A stretch of DNA of 64,000 nt from positions 30,628,001 through 30,692,000 of the forward strand of contig CM119373.1 of assembly GCA_051294905.1 (NCBI GenBank), read 5' to 3'. Origin of the DNA: Botryllus schlosseri. Taxonomy: Eukaryota. Below the pieces are notes generated by a model. That model was not told where the DNA came from. It saw nothing but the letters and a program-made list of their open reading frames with translations, and ran no database searches. Of the stretch, positions 11,874 through 25,211 are shown piece after piece (the first letter of the stretch is position 1; the number at the start of each line of letters is the position of its first letter). Both the position numbers and the translations under genes were made by a program.

Positions 11874-12944
11874 CAGATAGATTAAAAACCGAGATAAAAA
11901 TGAGAGACAGATAGGCCTATTTATATTTTCTGTCGGGCGGCATTACAGACCATCATCGCTAGTCTGAAAATTTAACAAAAGTTGAACCTCATGCCCGCTC
12001 ACTGACAATGCGTGATTACTGCGGCGTCAAGTACCCAATATTTAAGAATATGTAGTTTAAGGGATATATCTGTAATCTACTGTTTTACATATCTATATCG
12101 TCAAAATCCATGTTTACAAGGTGCACAAATAGAATGATAGCCTACCAATAAATATTATATTGATTCATGTTGTGAACACGCACTTACTGCATACATTGCG
12201 AGAGTAGTGAAATAGCCTACACACATGCACATTGTACACTGTACAGCCGTCATTATAAAAGCTTCAGCACAACATTATTTACTGTCGGTCAGTGATCGGC
12301 TTTTTATAAATCGATGCATCCCGCTTACTTGTAACAGTCAGAGGAAGCCGCCCGGAATATGGAACGTTATAAAACACTGGACTGGACTGCAATTTGGCCA
12401 GAGAGTAAAGTACAGGATTGTGTGACCTATTTATAGGATGACGTAGTGACAGATATTACACTGCAGCGAGATGTACCTGTACATATACAGGAACTTTGTA
12501 CAGTAGCCCCTGCTTGCGAGACAAAATGCAGCTTCGACTTTCCACCCTGGTGGCAGTCCATTAATAAAGGCAGAAGAATCGAGAGTAAAGCACCTCGGCT
12601 TGGCTTATATCGGAATACTTTATAACGTGGTTTCGACAGCAAGCATCAGTTTATTTGCGGGCCGTGCATTCGGTCACCATGACAATTAGGCTTACTCAAC
12701 TCAATACACATTGCTATTGAACGACTATTATTATACTTTTATCAGGATCCGATTGTATTCCGAATGATAGCAAACTTTGAAAAGACAATATCCCCCACAG
12801 AAATATCTCTGCACTAAATCTAAACTTAAAGAAGGGCGAGCATCAGGACTGCATAAACTATCGCATACAAATTGCAAATATCCTGCCATTATATGTACGC
12901 AATTCACTGACAGTGTTCAAAGACTTGAGACACGAGTACCAAAT

Positions 12945-13087
12945 TTGACTCAATTCCAACTAGTAGAAGCGGAGTTCTAAGAATTTTTCCTTGATAATTC
13001 TAGGACTATCCTTGATTTGTGGATAATCCGAGGATTATCAATGAAAAACTTCAATAACTCCACTTCTACTAGTTCGAATTGAGTCAA
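12945..13087. repeat. Imperfect inverted repeat (~67-bp arms, 9-nt loop), probably the core of a foldback MITE
   Basis: ttgactcaattccaactagtagaagcggag..actatcc versus ggataatcc..ctccacttctactagttcgaattgagtcaa. Confidence 0.7.
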
Positions 13088-15926
13088 TTTTTTTTGCATC
13101 GTCTCTGAAGACACCTCAACAATTTCATGGGGTTGACATAAAAATTTGAAAAATTTTATTTTCAATTTTTCTGTATAAATTAAATTTTTTAATTGGATCT
13201 GCGGAGCCTTATACTTGTTAGAATTGAACCAAATTTGGTGCACAGCGTTTTTTTAGGGTAACATGACAATTTAATAACTTATTGGCTGGAGTCCCGAAAA
13301 AAAAGTTATTTTTGAACAGCCCTACTGAGCATAGAACAATTACATGCGGCCTGGCTGGCTTCAAGATACCAACATATAACACTTCGTCGGTCGGTTATCA
13401 GTTATAGGACAAAACCACAATATTAAAGCTTACTGAAACAGTCCAACTACCAGCATTTTGACTTCAATTCGACGAATGCTTATTGCACGTACGTACTTAT
13501 ACATCATGTCGAATTATTTGCACTTTGTCTGATTTCCGGCTAGGGGCGTGATCAAAATTTCCTGACAATCGGCCAGCATGCTCTGTATTGAAATTTTTAA
13601 CATCGACAGTGTATTCTCACCGAATTGGCGCGGAAAAGAGCACCACATCGGCAGTGAAATGTCGGAAGATATCCAGTATCAGAAAAAATCTGATCAATGC
13701 ACAACAGGCATCGGTTAGTAAGATATTATGATCACCGCGACAGTCATATACTGAGAGGTAGAAGGTACATTCGTCTACTGTCAGTGAGTCCGATACAGAA
13801 CAAGTGGTATATCTGACAATTAAAATGGCAAGATATCAGGAGATCGAACATCCACGATAACAAGCCACAAAACTGACATGGTCGAAACGTACATTTTACA
13901 TAACGCCCACATTTTACCACTCGGCTATTGGAGGTAGTCGAAAAAAATAATGACGTCACCAAATAAATTCCTATTATTGAAATGACGTAATCAGGTCATT
14001 GCGACATCTGAAATGCGATGTCGTTGACGCGGATTGCTTCAATGGAGTAGAGTTCAAGGCATGCCCGTAAATTCCCAACCTATATAAACCGAATAGGAAT
14101 ACATCGAATACTATTCTAATCAATTGTAGCTTTTTTCGGTGTTGACCGGCTTGAAATTTGGGCAGGCGTGAAATTTGGGTATCGACCAGTGAGCACGCTG
14201 AAATGACGAGATGTGGCGACAGTGCGATATGTAACAGCGCGCCAACGCGTCACCAGTTCGCATAGTACTTTGTAACTAAAGTAGCCTACTTGATTCTTAC
14301 CAGTTATGATACCAGGCTCTCAGATCTGAAAACTACAACAATCCTCATGATGACAATAAATTTGACTTGCTACAAATACGACAAACGTCGACCTTGCAAA
14401 CAAAAACCTGAGAAATGTAATACTGTCACGCTAAAACAACAGTTCAAGATCAATGGTATACTGTTTCGATTAGACATCCTATAGCAAGCTTTCGATTCGA
14501 ACTACATATCGTTACGACTAATGACTCTGGTGGCCGTGTATTGCGTCTTGTGCATGAAGCATGATGCAATGTCGTGGCGAACTGCACGTGATTCTCGAAT
14601 GCGTTACTCATGCTGGTATTCGAGGATTCGGAATCGCACGGTAGAAGTTACTAGGACAGGAATCTAACGCTCAGCTCCACCAACGTAGCATGCGCGACCC
14701 GAAGTATCGTCCACCTACGGTTTCATGAACTTGAATCGATAGATATCAGTATAGCGTAGTGCGCCATTATTTGTTGTCATGGCTTATCGGATATTGCATC
14801 GTTGCAGAAATTGACGTATCACAGATATGTTGACGAAAGTGAGAGATTATTCACTTAGTTGTCATATTTTCAGTACCTGGCTGCAATTCACAAACACTAT
14901 TGCTCAGAAATCAACGAATCAAACTAAACTGAGCGTAAACCCTGCCCGGTAATCAGTATTAGTTGTTAGGTCATTCAGCTCTCCCGATCGCAGAGTAGAT
15001 GCACGTGTCACGCGCGTCAAACCACATTTTCCTGTGACGTACAGGCAACTACCAAGTTGTCAATTAAAAAAGCGTACTCTTTACAAGGTGCACTGTCATA
15101 TTACATCATTTTCCCAAGCTGTACGACGCAGTATTTCCACGCTCCAGCGACGCAATATTAACTTGTTCGATTGTGGCAGAAGGGACTTTACGCATTGTTA
15201 ATACGCACCAGTAGACATAGGCATAGCTTTCGCAATACCGGCTCGTGATCTACCCAATATTCCTCGTCAGTATTCCCTTCCCACATACGTACTACTAATA
15301 ACGGTAACTTTGCAATTCTATGACAATACTATTCTCACTATGGTAATACCGTAGCTGTAACGTTCCGCTTCGCAGTGGGTGTGAAAAATTAGCGATAGAT
15401 TGCTCCTGGTAGAGCTGCTGTATCTTCATTTCATTTCTCTCTGGCGTTGTGTATTACGGACAAGGCGAGCGAGACGTGATTGTTATAGGTTGCGGTGGTG
15501 TTGGAACATTGTCACTATGTTTAGCGTAATCTTATTAGCTATATTAGGAACCGAGTTTTAAAATTGCCATTTCATAAAATAATAACGATTTGGAATAAAT
15601 GGATAACATTTCCATCTACATGAAGTATATCCGAAAAAAGAGCAAAAATAATTATATACAACCGCACTGTCATACTAACGGATTACATTCCTGATATTCA
15701 TAGCTTGCTCGCACTATTCACACTAACAAGAAAAATCGAGTAAGATGCAAGTGAGTATTAATGATAGTGATAAAAACCTATTCATCGGATTTAGTGACCG
15801 AGAAACTGTTCTCAGTGCAGCTTAGTTTACCTGAAATATCATAACAGACGTCATTTCAGTCACGGAGATAGGCATTTCTCCTTGCCCCACATTGCTCTCA
15901 CTCATCGGCGCTGTTGGGCTACAGAT

Positions 15927-16332
15927 TAGCGCGGACCATGGACCGGAGCCGGATTGGATATCCGGCCGGATTTTTTTCAATTTTGGCCGGATCGGATCGG
16001 AGCCGGATCAGTACTTTTTCTGATACGGCCGGAGCCGGATCAGTACTTTTTTGATAAGGCCTGAATCTTTATGGATAAGCATGACGTTTGTAACTAAATA
16101 ACTACCGACCAACAACACGCAAGTAGCCGCCAAGCCGGTGCGAAAAGAAACTTGCCATATTTTTAAATTCACGGAACCACCGTGCCGTGTTGGGCCTGAT
16201 TTTCGGCAGGACTTTTTCATTTTTGGCCGGAGCCGGATCAGTACTTTTTCCTGATACGGCCGGAGCCGGGCCAGAGAATTGGCAAACCGGATCGGAGCCG
16301 GACCAGAGAATTTGTCGATACGCTCCGCACTA
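15927..16332. mobile_element. hAT-type MITE with CCGGATCGGAGCCGGA repeats
   Basis: TIR TAGCGCGGACC / GCTCCGCACTA; TSD CTACAGAT / CGACAGAT (7/8). Confidence 0.8.
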
Positions 16333-19300
16333 CGACAGATGGATAGCACGCACGCATAGGCATAGAAGAGTGATTAAGTAGATTAATTCCTGGCTTACCA
16401 CCTAACAATTTGACCAGAGACTACAGAGAAAGACCCAATTTTCTGAAGTCGCCTAATATTGCCAAAGTCCGCAGACAAATTGGCGAAAAATGGTTTTCGC
16501 TAATACTGTGTGGAGTTTTCATCGTTACGAGCAACTCGGATAATTTCCAATGCGAATTAGTAAAAGCAAAATGACCCTATAAAAATCGTTACGGAGAATA
16601 TTTGAGCGACTGGTACGGCGTTGCATAAATTACGGGTTCACCGACAGTATATCGCGTCCAAAGCGGTGAACATTCCAGCACATCGAATAAATGTCATTCG
16701 TGTAAGTCGATATTTGTGAAATCTGGTGTGAATTTTGGATAATCTTCTCATTTAGACATATCCGACTTTTAAGCTACTGCTGTTACGGTACTGCGCCAGT
16801 AACATGAATGAATGCTAGTTCGCAATCGTAAGAGTTAGGAAACGCAAAACAATTCATATTCATTTCCTCAGAAGCGGGAATCTTCTCAAATCAATCGTTG
16901 GGTTTAATATGAATATATCAAGTTTTAGACACGGACCTGATCGCCGCGGCAAAATTGAATCACCCGTTAGAGTGTCCTTATCCTATATCAATGAATAATA
17001 ATGACCATGGCGCACACAAAACTCTCTGCAAGCCGGATCCAGCCCGTGGGCTGTGCGATGCCACCCCTTCACCTAGAGTCCGGTTCCGAAATACAGGCAG
17101 ATCAACTTGAAGGTCGGATTCATATCACGACACTCTGGACAGTGTACCATAAGCCTCAATTCACACACCTGATTGCAGCGTAGTGCAATATACCGTTCGC
17201 TACATTTTTGCCATACAGCATGGCGTAACAACATGCACCATACGCTTTCGCGACAACAGAAAATAGTTCTAAATACGAACCTGCATGAACTTGCAGTATC
17301 TGTGAACGCGACTATCCCTGATATATCTCTTTGGCACCGCAATTCATATTGTTGCAGGTAAGATGTTGCATTGCTTGCGATTCATTTTATGAGTGTCAGC
17401 ACGGCCGGCAACTCGGGTATTTAAATTGCAGGTTAGGACGGCATAATTCTTTATAGATTGTGGTCGTATGGAGTAATAGTAATGTCATAAAGGGGGTTCA
17501 TACAATACAAACATCACTGAGATAGATTAATTGCTTCCAATTTGGTTAACAACAGAAGTTAGCTATAGGGACTCGCGTACTACCGACGTTATGCGCATAA
17601 TTGGACGAGAACCATTGACATATCAAACCGTCGAGAGTAAGTCTATCTCATAAATTCAAGATTGTATCTCGCAACTCTGTACCTATAAAAGCATTTCGTA
17701 CCGATATAGGTGCTATCAATACTATTCTGGCATTTTCAGTTTAGTATATTTCATTGCAATGATCGCAAAAATGTCTCGCTTCAGCGTGAAAACTTCCGAA
17801 GCTACAATCAGCCACGGGAAACACATTCCAGCACCTTCACTATAGCTAATGTAAGGGACGCTAACATATATATTGTACATTAGCTTCAAACGTGACACGC
17901 TTCAATCTGGCCTACATTCGCTTCCTGTTGTTACTGACACTGCTCAGTGTGCAGACTGCAGAGATCTGCTGATTCCTATCATTAGCGTCACATTTCCCCA
18001 TGTACGACAATCAGCTAATCCTAAATCAGTCGATTATTGCTCGAATGCTCATGCTCGTCTTGATAAAACGTCCACATTTCGGTCTGGATGTATGCTTTGC
18101 CATAAGGTCCTCTTCCAAAGCATATTAAACTTGATACAATTCATTAATCTTAGCTGTTAGATATTTCATTTATTTTATTAAATTTAGAATTTCAAAACAT
18201 CGCTAGATTGCGACATATTAAACTGAGGAGATGGTAAGGTGTCGATTATTTATCAATCAATAAATATTCACAATAGTCCAATATGCGTAATGCGAATCGA
18301 AATTTCTCCACAGAGTCAACTGATTTTGTTGGCAAGCATGACTCGCTAATTTCGAAATGGACGCATGGCTTAATGACATAGTATGCAAAATTTATGGCCT
18401 GTTTTCAGCCGAGAGCGATGCACCCACACCAAGATCATATCTCACCACATGCACTGCTGTTTTGCATTGCTATTTTATCGGTATTTGTGGGATCGGTGCC
18501 TTCGCCAAGATGACACCGATTGGTATTAAAAACAATTGGCTACAGCAGGTAGATTGGACGTAAGCATATGAACGCGATCCGGGGCCATCTCAATGAACGC
18601 CAACTTGGGATCAGAAATTCCACGAACGGTAAACTCTTACGCTACGGTTTCAGTTATGGCTCAAATGATATAGGAATATGTCGGACACCACTTTTGCCAT
18701 GGGAACGATCATATACCTCCAGAAATGCAGTGTTTTCTATACACTGCACCTGTACAATGTACAATTGTATTTTATCTACAAGTACATGTACATTTGTACA
18801 AAGACACCCAACAACGATCTGACCATTACACCATGAATAACGTGAATCGATACATCTCATACATTTGCCTGACACCACAGAGACTGCAGGTACCATATAG
18901 TTCAACCGGTATACATCGCACTAGATATCCGATATCGCTGTGACCTGACCTCACGATTTGATAACTTGAATTCACTCCTTGAGACACGGTGAATGAACTG
19001 ATCTACAGACCGTAATGTACACTGTATATCTCTAGATAAACCTGTTAGTCCTTGAAAGCTAAACGGCGACGAGATTGCATGAAATATTTACCATCAATAC
19101 AGGCTAACGTGATTCAAAACGATGTAAACAAGCTTCCAGCTACATTTGTCATGGATGATGCTCATAGGCCTTTTTACATTTATTATTCAAATCACTCCTA
19201 TAGCCAACTCAGATTTTACAGGTATCCCACCAAACGAACAACATTTGTGAAACAAAGAGCTGGTTAAAAAACAGGGTAAGTGGTAAACACATAAAGGCCT

Positions 19301-19582
19301 AAAAGATAGAAATTCTCGATGAAGATACCATATCATAATAGTTCATTGATTTTCGAATATTTACATGTCCACAGGCTCATTCAAACGAGTAGGGAGAGCG
19401 TGATTTAGACTGTCTACCAATCCTGTATTAAAATATTGGGAAATGAAAGACTGTCATCAGGGTACATACACATTATTCGTTCTTACGCATTATACATACA
19501 ATACGATATACCAGATCCTGTGTGTCATTTTCTACCATCTAAAACCCGTATGTCTTACGGGGTGAAAACGCATAATTTTATA

Positions 19583-19628
19583 CAGGGATATCTAGAACTT
19601 CTAGATCTAGAAGTTCTAGATATCCCTG
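19583..19628. mobile_element. 46-bp perfect palindrome flanked by an 8-bp TSD (minimal hAT-like element)
   Basis: CAGGGATATCTAGAACTTCTAGA|TCTAGAAGTTCTAGATATCCCTG with no spacer; ATTTTATA on both sides (19575-82, 19629-36). Confidence 0.85.
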
Positions 19629-22600
19629 ATTTTATAGTACATGATATTTGTCGATTTTCGTTCCACTTACTAGCACTAATTATAGTGTTCATGCATTTGA
19701 TATTTCAGACGATAGTCTTTATTGAAGTTGTCATCTGGCTTTACATTAGCCATGCTCTACCAAAGCTGCATAAGCAGATAATTTATTAGTATCACATGAC
19801 GTATTGCGCGGTAACTTAAAGCGACAGAGAATCGTCATTCAACATCTGCACGTAAGCATACCTGAAATTTAGAAATCACCCCTGCCTTACAAAATCCTTT
19901 TACAATTACGAAAAGCTGTGTCCGACCCTCCAGAATCAATAGATTTTGACGACTAAATTCGTCGTTGATGACAATCTAAGTCGACTGCTGGTGACTCAGC
20001 CTTACGACGTGAATCGACGAGCCTAAGGCAAAATCTAGAAAAATTTCCCAGCTGTACGCCGAAAACATATAGAACAACGCCGGTTGCCAGATTACATCCG
20101 TTACTGTTCAGTTGTTTTGTGGCATGAAAGTCAATGGTTCCACCAGTTGTCTGCTACATTTGCATTATAATATAACAGATCAATGCAAATCGACACGATC
20201 TATTGATTAGTTATTGGCGGCTATACATCAACACGAAACTGACGAATGATCTGAAGCGGCATAAATACCGTAACAATAAGCATCTCGAATATATATTGGC
20301 GTATAGGCACAAATCATGCCCAGTTGCTATAGTTGCGCGCGCGATGACAACTCAAAATAAACTCCCCTGAACCACCGGACCGGGTTGAGTTTTGGAAAAC
20401 CCATAACTACACCAATGCAGCTACATAATTTTAGGATCGAAAATTAAAAGCTACATTAATTTTGCATTTTCTATGGAATAATCCCGTTATCATTCTTCTA
20501 CCGTTGTCCGCGATGTAATATGATACCTATTTCTCTTATTGATTCATTCCTATTAACAGTTAATACCGGATCCGTCCATTGTACAATGTACATTTACCTT
20601 TGGACAGCAGCCTTGTTATGGCATTGATATGTCTTCATTACCAACTGACATTACATTTCAGTTAAGTTTAATGTACTGTTGTCTTAAAAAGCGAATTGAA
20701 TGTTTACGATATTAATTTATGACATCACCGTACCAATTTTCCAATCAAAGCATGATTTGCTGTATCATCACTTCCGGTGATCGAATACATTATGTTCCAA
20801 CCAATAGTGCGATTGGTGTTGTGCGCAGTGATATTGCTAAAACTATATACAGTACTAACGTACGCGTAACAGTATTGATCACCAAAATTGAAAAACTATA
20901 AGAATGATAGTTTGGTTACATCAACGCAAAACCGTCTGGACTTGCCATGTATTTATTCATGCATGACTCCTTTCACTGCGGATAGATGATATGCGAGACC
21001 TTATCTTCTCGTGTGACATAACAATCTGGTGTTACATATATTATTGGCGGATATTCAGGTAATTTCTTACTTCTCGTAAATGTACTGCCACATTGGAGAC
21101 GGGAGAGAGCATATTTATGTCATAACTCGATCTCAAAACTATCACACAAATCTGTAATGTGAGTTGCCAAGCATTCAGTTCGTGACCTTGCTATTAATTA
21201 TCATAGCGCTGAGCTCACTGCTTTATTCTGAGCAATATCAAGAATATCAACACCATAACGGCAAGTATAAATAAAAAACTCTCAGGTCTAGTTTGTTGAT
21301 AGCTGCCACAATACAGGGAAATATTGATTTCCGATGTCCCGTTCTGTCCTCAGTTCAAAATTTGACGTTCATGACCGCTATTTTGCTCACAGCTAATAAA
21401 TCGAACTTTACCCTAGAATTATACTTCATAATAGCTGCATAGGGTATACACAAGCACCGTATTACACTACACTTTCGTGGATCTTCTTTAGAAATGCCTG
21501 GCATATTCTAGCAGTTACGTATCACCAGCAATGATCAATTAACCGACTTTCTATTCCTATATAAGATAGGATGAAAATTCGTGACAAAGTTTGATAATTT
21601 TAGCCGTCGACAGATATGCGGCGTTCGAGCTATGGCAGTTTCTCAATATACAGGAAGTGTCAATGAGCCTCGTTTCGGCGTGGTATCATTTGGCATTGGT
21701 GTTTGCTGGCAAACATACAGCTTTTACATCACACCATCTGTAGACATCGGCGTCGTCAGGATGAACTATTTAGTAGGGTTGGGGCAGTTTTTCCAAATAA
21801 TGACGTGATGTAACGAATATCCATTGCGACGGAGTGAAAGCGAATGACAATGGCGTCATTACTACAGAGTTGAAAAACCGGAGGGAGTATTCATACCCAT
21901 AATATCTGGCTATAGCTTTCGGGAATATATGATATATTCATATAGAGAGGTACTAAGCGATGCACGTGTATTGTAAATAACGCCAACAGAGTAATTTGCA
22001 GATTCTGAATTATCTGACAACAGGCTTGCAGCGGTTCAGCGGAAAAATAGTGAAAGTTACAGCAGACTTCAGATTCCATTCTCCCAGAATCAATGGAAAC
22101 CTATTTCATGGTCCCCGTCCACACAAGCTAAATATTCATTCGTTTATAGCGCCACAAGGAAATATATATAGTTCGATTACTAAAATATATATTGCGGCGA
22201 TGATTCATGAGTCGTTTACTATTTTCATCGAATCTTCACTTCGTATAAACAATGGTACTGTAGTCATATCGTGACAAAAGATAATGCAATGTGCAGCATG
22301 ATGAAAACAAAACGAATAAAATCAACACAGTATGCTACTCACATATGTATATGGAATCAATTTGCATTGGAGAGAGGTAGAAATATCGAGGATTGATTCA
22401 GTTTACGTAAACATTTATAATTGATGCATAAATTTCAAATTTGTCTGCATGCGTTCATTGCATGGGAAGTAGAAGCGGCTGTTCCTATAAGGTCTGACAC
22501 AATACGTCAATTTCGTTATTTCAGAAAGTTCTCTAATACCTTCATGGAGCAGTTTGACATCACTCTTTCCGGCAGTACGAGATAACATTATAATGCTAGC

Positions 22601-22949
22601 AATGCTGCTCTGTAGCGAACATAGGCGACCTTACAGAAATCTGAACAAGTTCGAAATCTTGTCGTAATGTCATATAACCCCCAAAACTATGTCAACTAAA
22701 GATTGGAGCTACTTCAAGTAACGTGCGAAGTGCAAGTAAGTAAAAGCATTTATATCAGTAGTGTCAAGACCATAGTGGTAACCAATTCGTGCATCTGGTA
22801 TCAGTATCGGCAGATTGTGATACGTGTGCTTGCGATTTAGTGTTCATCATGTTACAATATGCAGAATGCATTGCACATATATATTTAAAGTCATATTAAC
22901 GGTCACAGCCGTTACATGTGATATGTATAATTCCATTATACATTACTTT

Positions 22950-23123
22950 TCAGAAAAGCGGGCGCCACGGCTAACAGAACGAGAAGGTGCCGGTGCGAAT
23001 CTCGGAGGTAGCACGTTTCCAAGTGTCGGTTGTTTATCTGGAATCCTCTCCGTCGCTTTCTCTCAACAAGCTCGGGGATGGATATTAATAATAATGATAC
23101 TTTTAATAGCAATATGTCAAGAT
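22950..23123 (+). pseudogene. Possible fourth MS4A-like fragment (TM2-TM3), truncated by MITEs
   Basis: Follows a ttttcAG and reads ..VGCLSGILSVAFSQQARGWILIIMILLIAIC, resembling the MS4A 'SGILSIA' motif. Short, so the evidence is weak. Confidence 0.3.
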
Positions 23124-23454
23124 GGGTGTCCGGTCAATACCGAGAATGCTATTACCGAGAATGCTATTACCGAGAAGGACAATACCGAGAATGGACATTA
23201 CCGAGAATGGACACCACCGAGAATGGACATTACCGAGAATGCAATATATGCAATGCAGGCATGTTATGCATATGAAGAGGTCGTGTGTGTGCATCACGGC
23301 GTTGCCACATTCGGTATCTATTCTCAGGTACAAATTTCTCGACAACGTCCGTTACATTAAGCTAATAGATTCTTGGCATTGGCCATTCTCGGTAATGTCC
23401 GTTCTCGGTAATGTCCGTTCTCAGTAATAGCATTCTCGGTAATAGTATGGAACC
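23124..23454. mobile_element. MITE with inverted arrays of a 15-16-nt unit (ATTACCGAGAATGGAC)
   Basis: 7 units on the left and 4 inverted units on the right; 8-bp direct repeat GTCAAGAT flanks it (23116-23, 23455-62). Confidence 0.8.
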
Positions 23455-23629
23455 GTCAAGATCAGTGATTCCCAAGCGCGGCCCCCAGATAGCCTTCTTG
23501 CGGTCTCCAAAATATATTAAGAAATCGATTTATGACAAAAAAGGAAATTTATATTTATAAAATACTCTTGCTTGGCTTGGCCTCTGTGGTTTTTAATTAT
23601 AGAATTGTAGGAAAGTTGTGAGTATAGAC

Positions 23630-25211
23630 CAGTGCTCTTCAACCGGGGTGGTCGTACACCCTAGGGTGTACCAGAATTTTCAAAGGGTGTACCACTCGGA
23701 TGGGGTGTACAGGGGTGTACCAGATCCACATTATGATGAACCGATGATACGATGAATATAGCTATCACAAAAATACGCCAGTTTATGCTTCAAAACAGAA
23801 TGACCGGATGTGTAATATCGTACAATGTGATGTCATAAGCAAATGTTTCTAATCATTCAACCTTTGGTAATGGACTTATTACTTCCTTTTTGAGTAGAGC
23901 AGGGTGGAGTTAGCATGTGTTCAGCTTGCGATATCTGTCTGATGATTCTCGAGGAGATCTCGGACATTTTGAATTTGTGCTTCCTGCGGCCAGCTTATGA
24001 ATAGTGCAGAATACATAGCCTATTTACGCAGGCACGGGGTCGAGTTTACGAACCACTGCGTTAGATGGTGGTCCAGTAACCTCGAGCCCTTATTCGTATT
24101 ATCATTTACTATACGTTGCAGCCTTGCTCAAATGTCCATCCTTATTTCGGCTACGTCAGGGGTGCTCAACCTGCGGACGTACGGCCTCATTCAGCCGCAT
24201 AACCATAATTTTGTGATCTTCTACACATATTCAAATTAGCGTGTGTTGGCGACCGTCATTATGTAACCAATTGTTGCTGGTTCTAGTCTCGGCTCTGCCA
24301 TGTTTCTATGTGTCGGATGTTTATCTAGGCTCCTCGTCGCCGACCCCCTGTTAACGTAGCGTCATGAAAAGCCCAGAAGAAGAGTTAACCGAGCTTCAAA
24401 GTCAGCAGCAAAGTCCTGAAAGTGGACGCACGTTAGCGAGAGAGAATGAAGAATGGGAGTGCGCGTGCAAGCAAAAGTCGTCCTCATTACCCAAAGCAAA
24501 AATACTAAACTTAGGAAATGCACTTTCGTGGCGCACAAATTCTAAACAGGCGATTATCACCACTGTCATTGATGTGTAATAAAATATTATTAATAACAAT
24601 ACAAACAATCCTGGTGAGAGGCCAAGAAATAACAACATGCAACTAAGTGATTAATAGGAACCGCAAGATGCATCATCATTAATATTGTACCCAATATTTT
24701 CGAAAACACCCTCCATCAGCTCTACGGGTTAATCTGATCACGTGAGCTGAGAATTAATAAATTTTTGACAATAATATATGAAACTACCAACATTTTCGAT
24801 GAAATCCATTTAAGGTGCAAAATTTTCGCGCTCTGCGCGACTACACACATACTCCTAGTGTCTTTTCTTGATATTTATACTCGCGATTTTGGTACATAAA
24901 TTATATATTGTAAGCCTGCTGGGATGTTTTGCTTCTACAGTAAGAAAATTTGCGCATTGCATATCTCAAGAAATAAGTGAAGGCACAGAACACCACAAGG
25001 GCTCTCCGTGGTGTTAAGTTCCCAGTATCCAATTTCATATGAGCATTTGTCGTCCACGCGCCATGGCGAATCCCGTTGGAATCCGGACGTATTGTATATG
25101 TAATCAAAATGCGGCTTTCGGCGTTATCGGTGTATTATACGGTCAGGGGTGTACGAGTTTTGAGAAAATGTTAAAAGGGTGTACCACGACGAAAAAGGTT
25201 GAAGAGCACTG
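23630..25211. mobile_element. Non-autonomous hAT element carrying nested repeat fragments
   Basis: Perfect 15-bp TIR CAGTGCTCTTCAACC; perfect TSD GTATAGAC. Confidence 0.9.

Noticed and set aside
17000-22300. Short ORFs and isolated GTAAG donors as a hidden gene
   Set aside because: No consistent exon chain or recognisable domain; lengths are as expected by chance.
23124-23454. CRISPR-like array, and the 178-aa and 101-aa ORFs over it
   Set aside because: Units are adjacent with no unique spacers, sit inside a TSD-flanked MITE and have no cas genes nearby; the ORFs are translations of the repeat.
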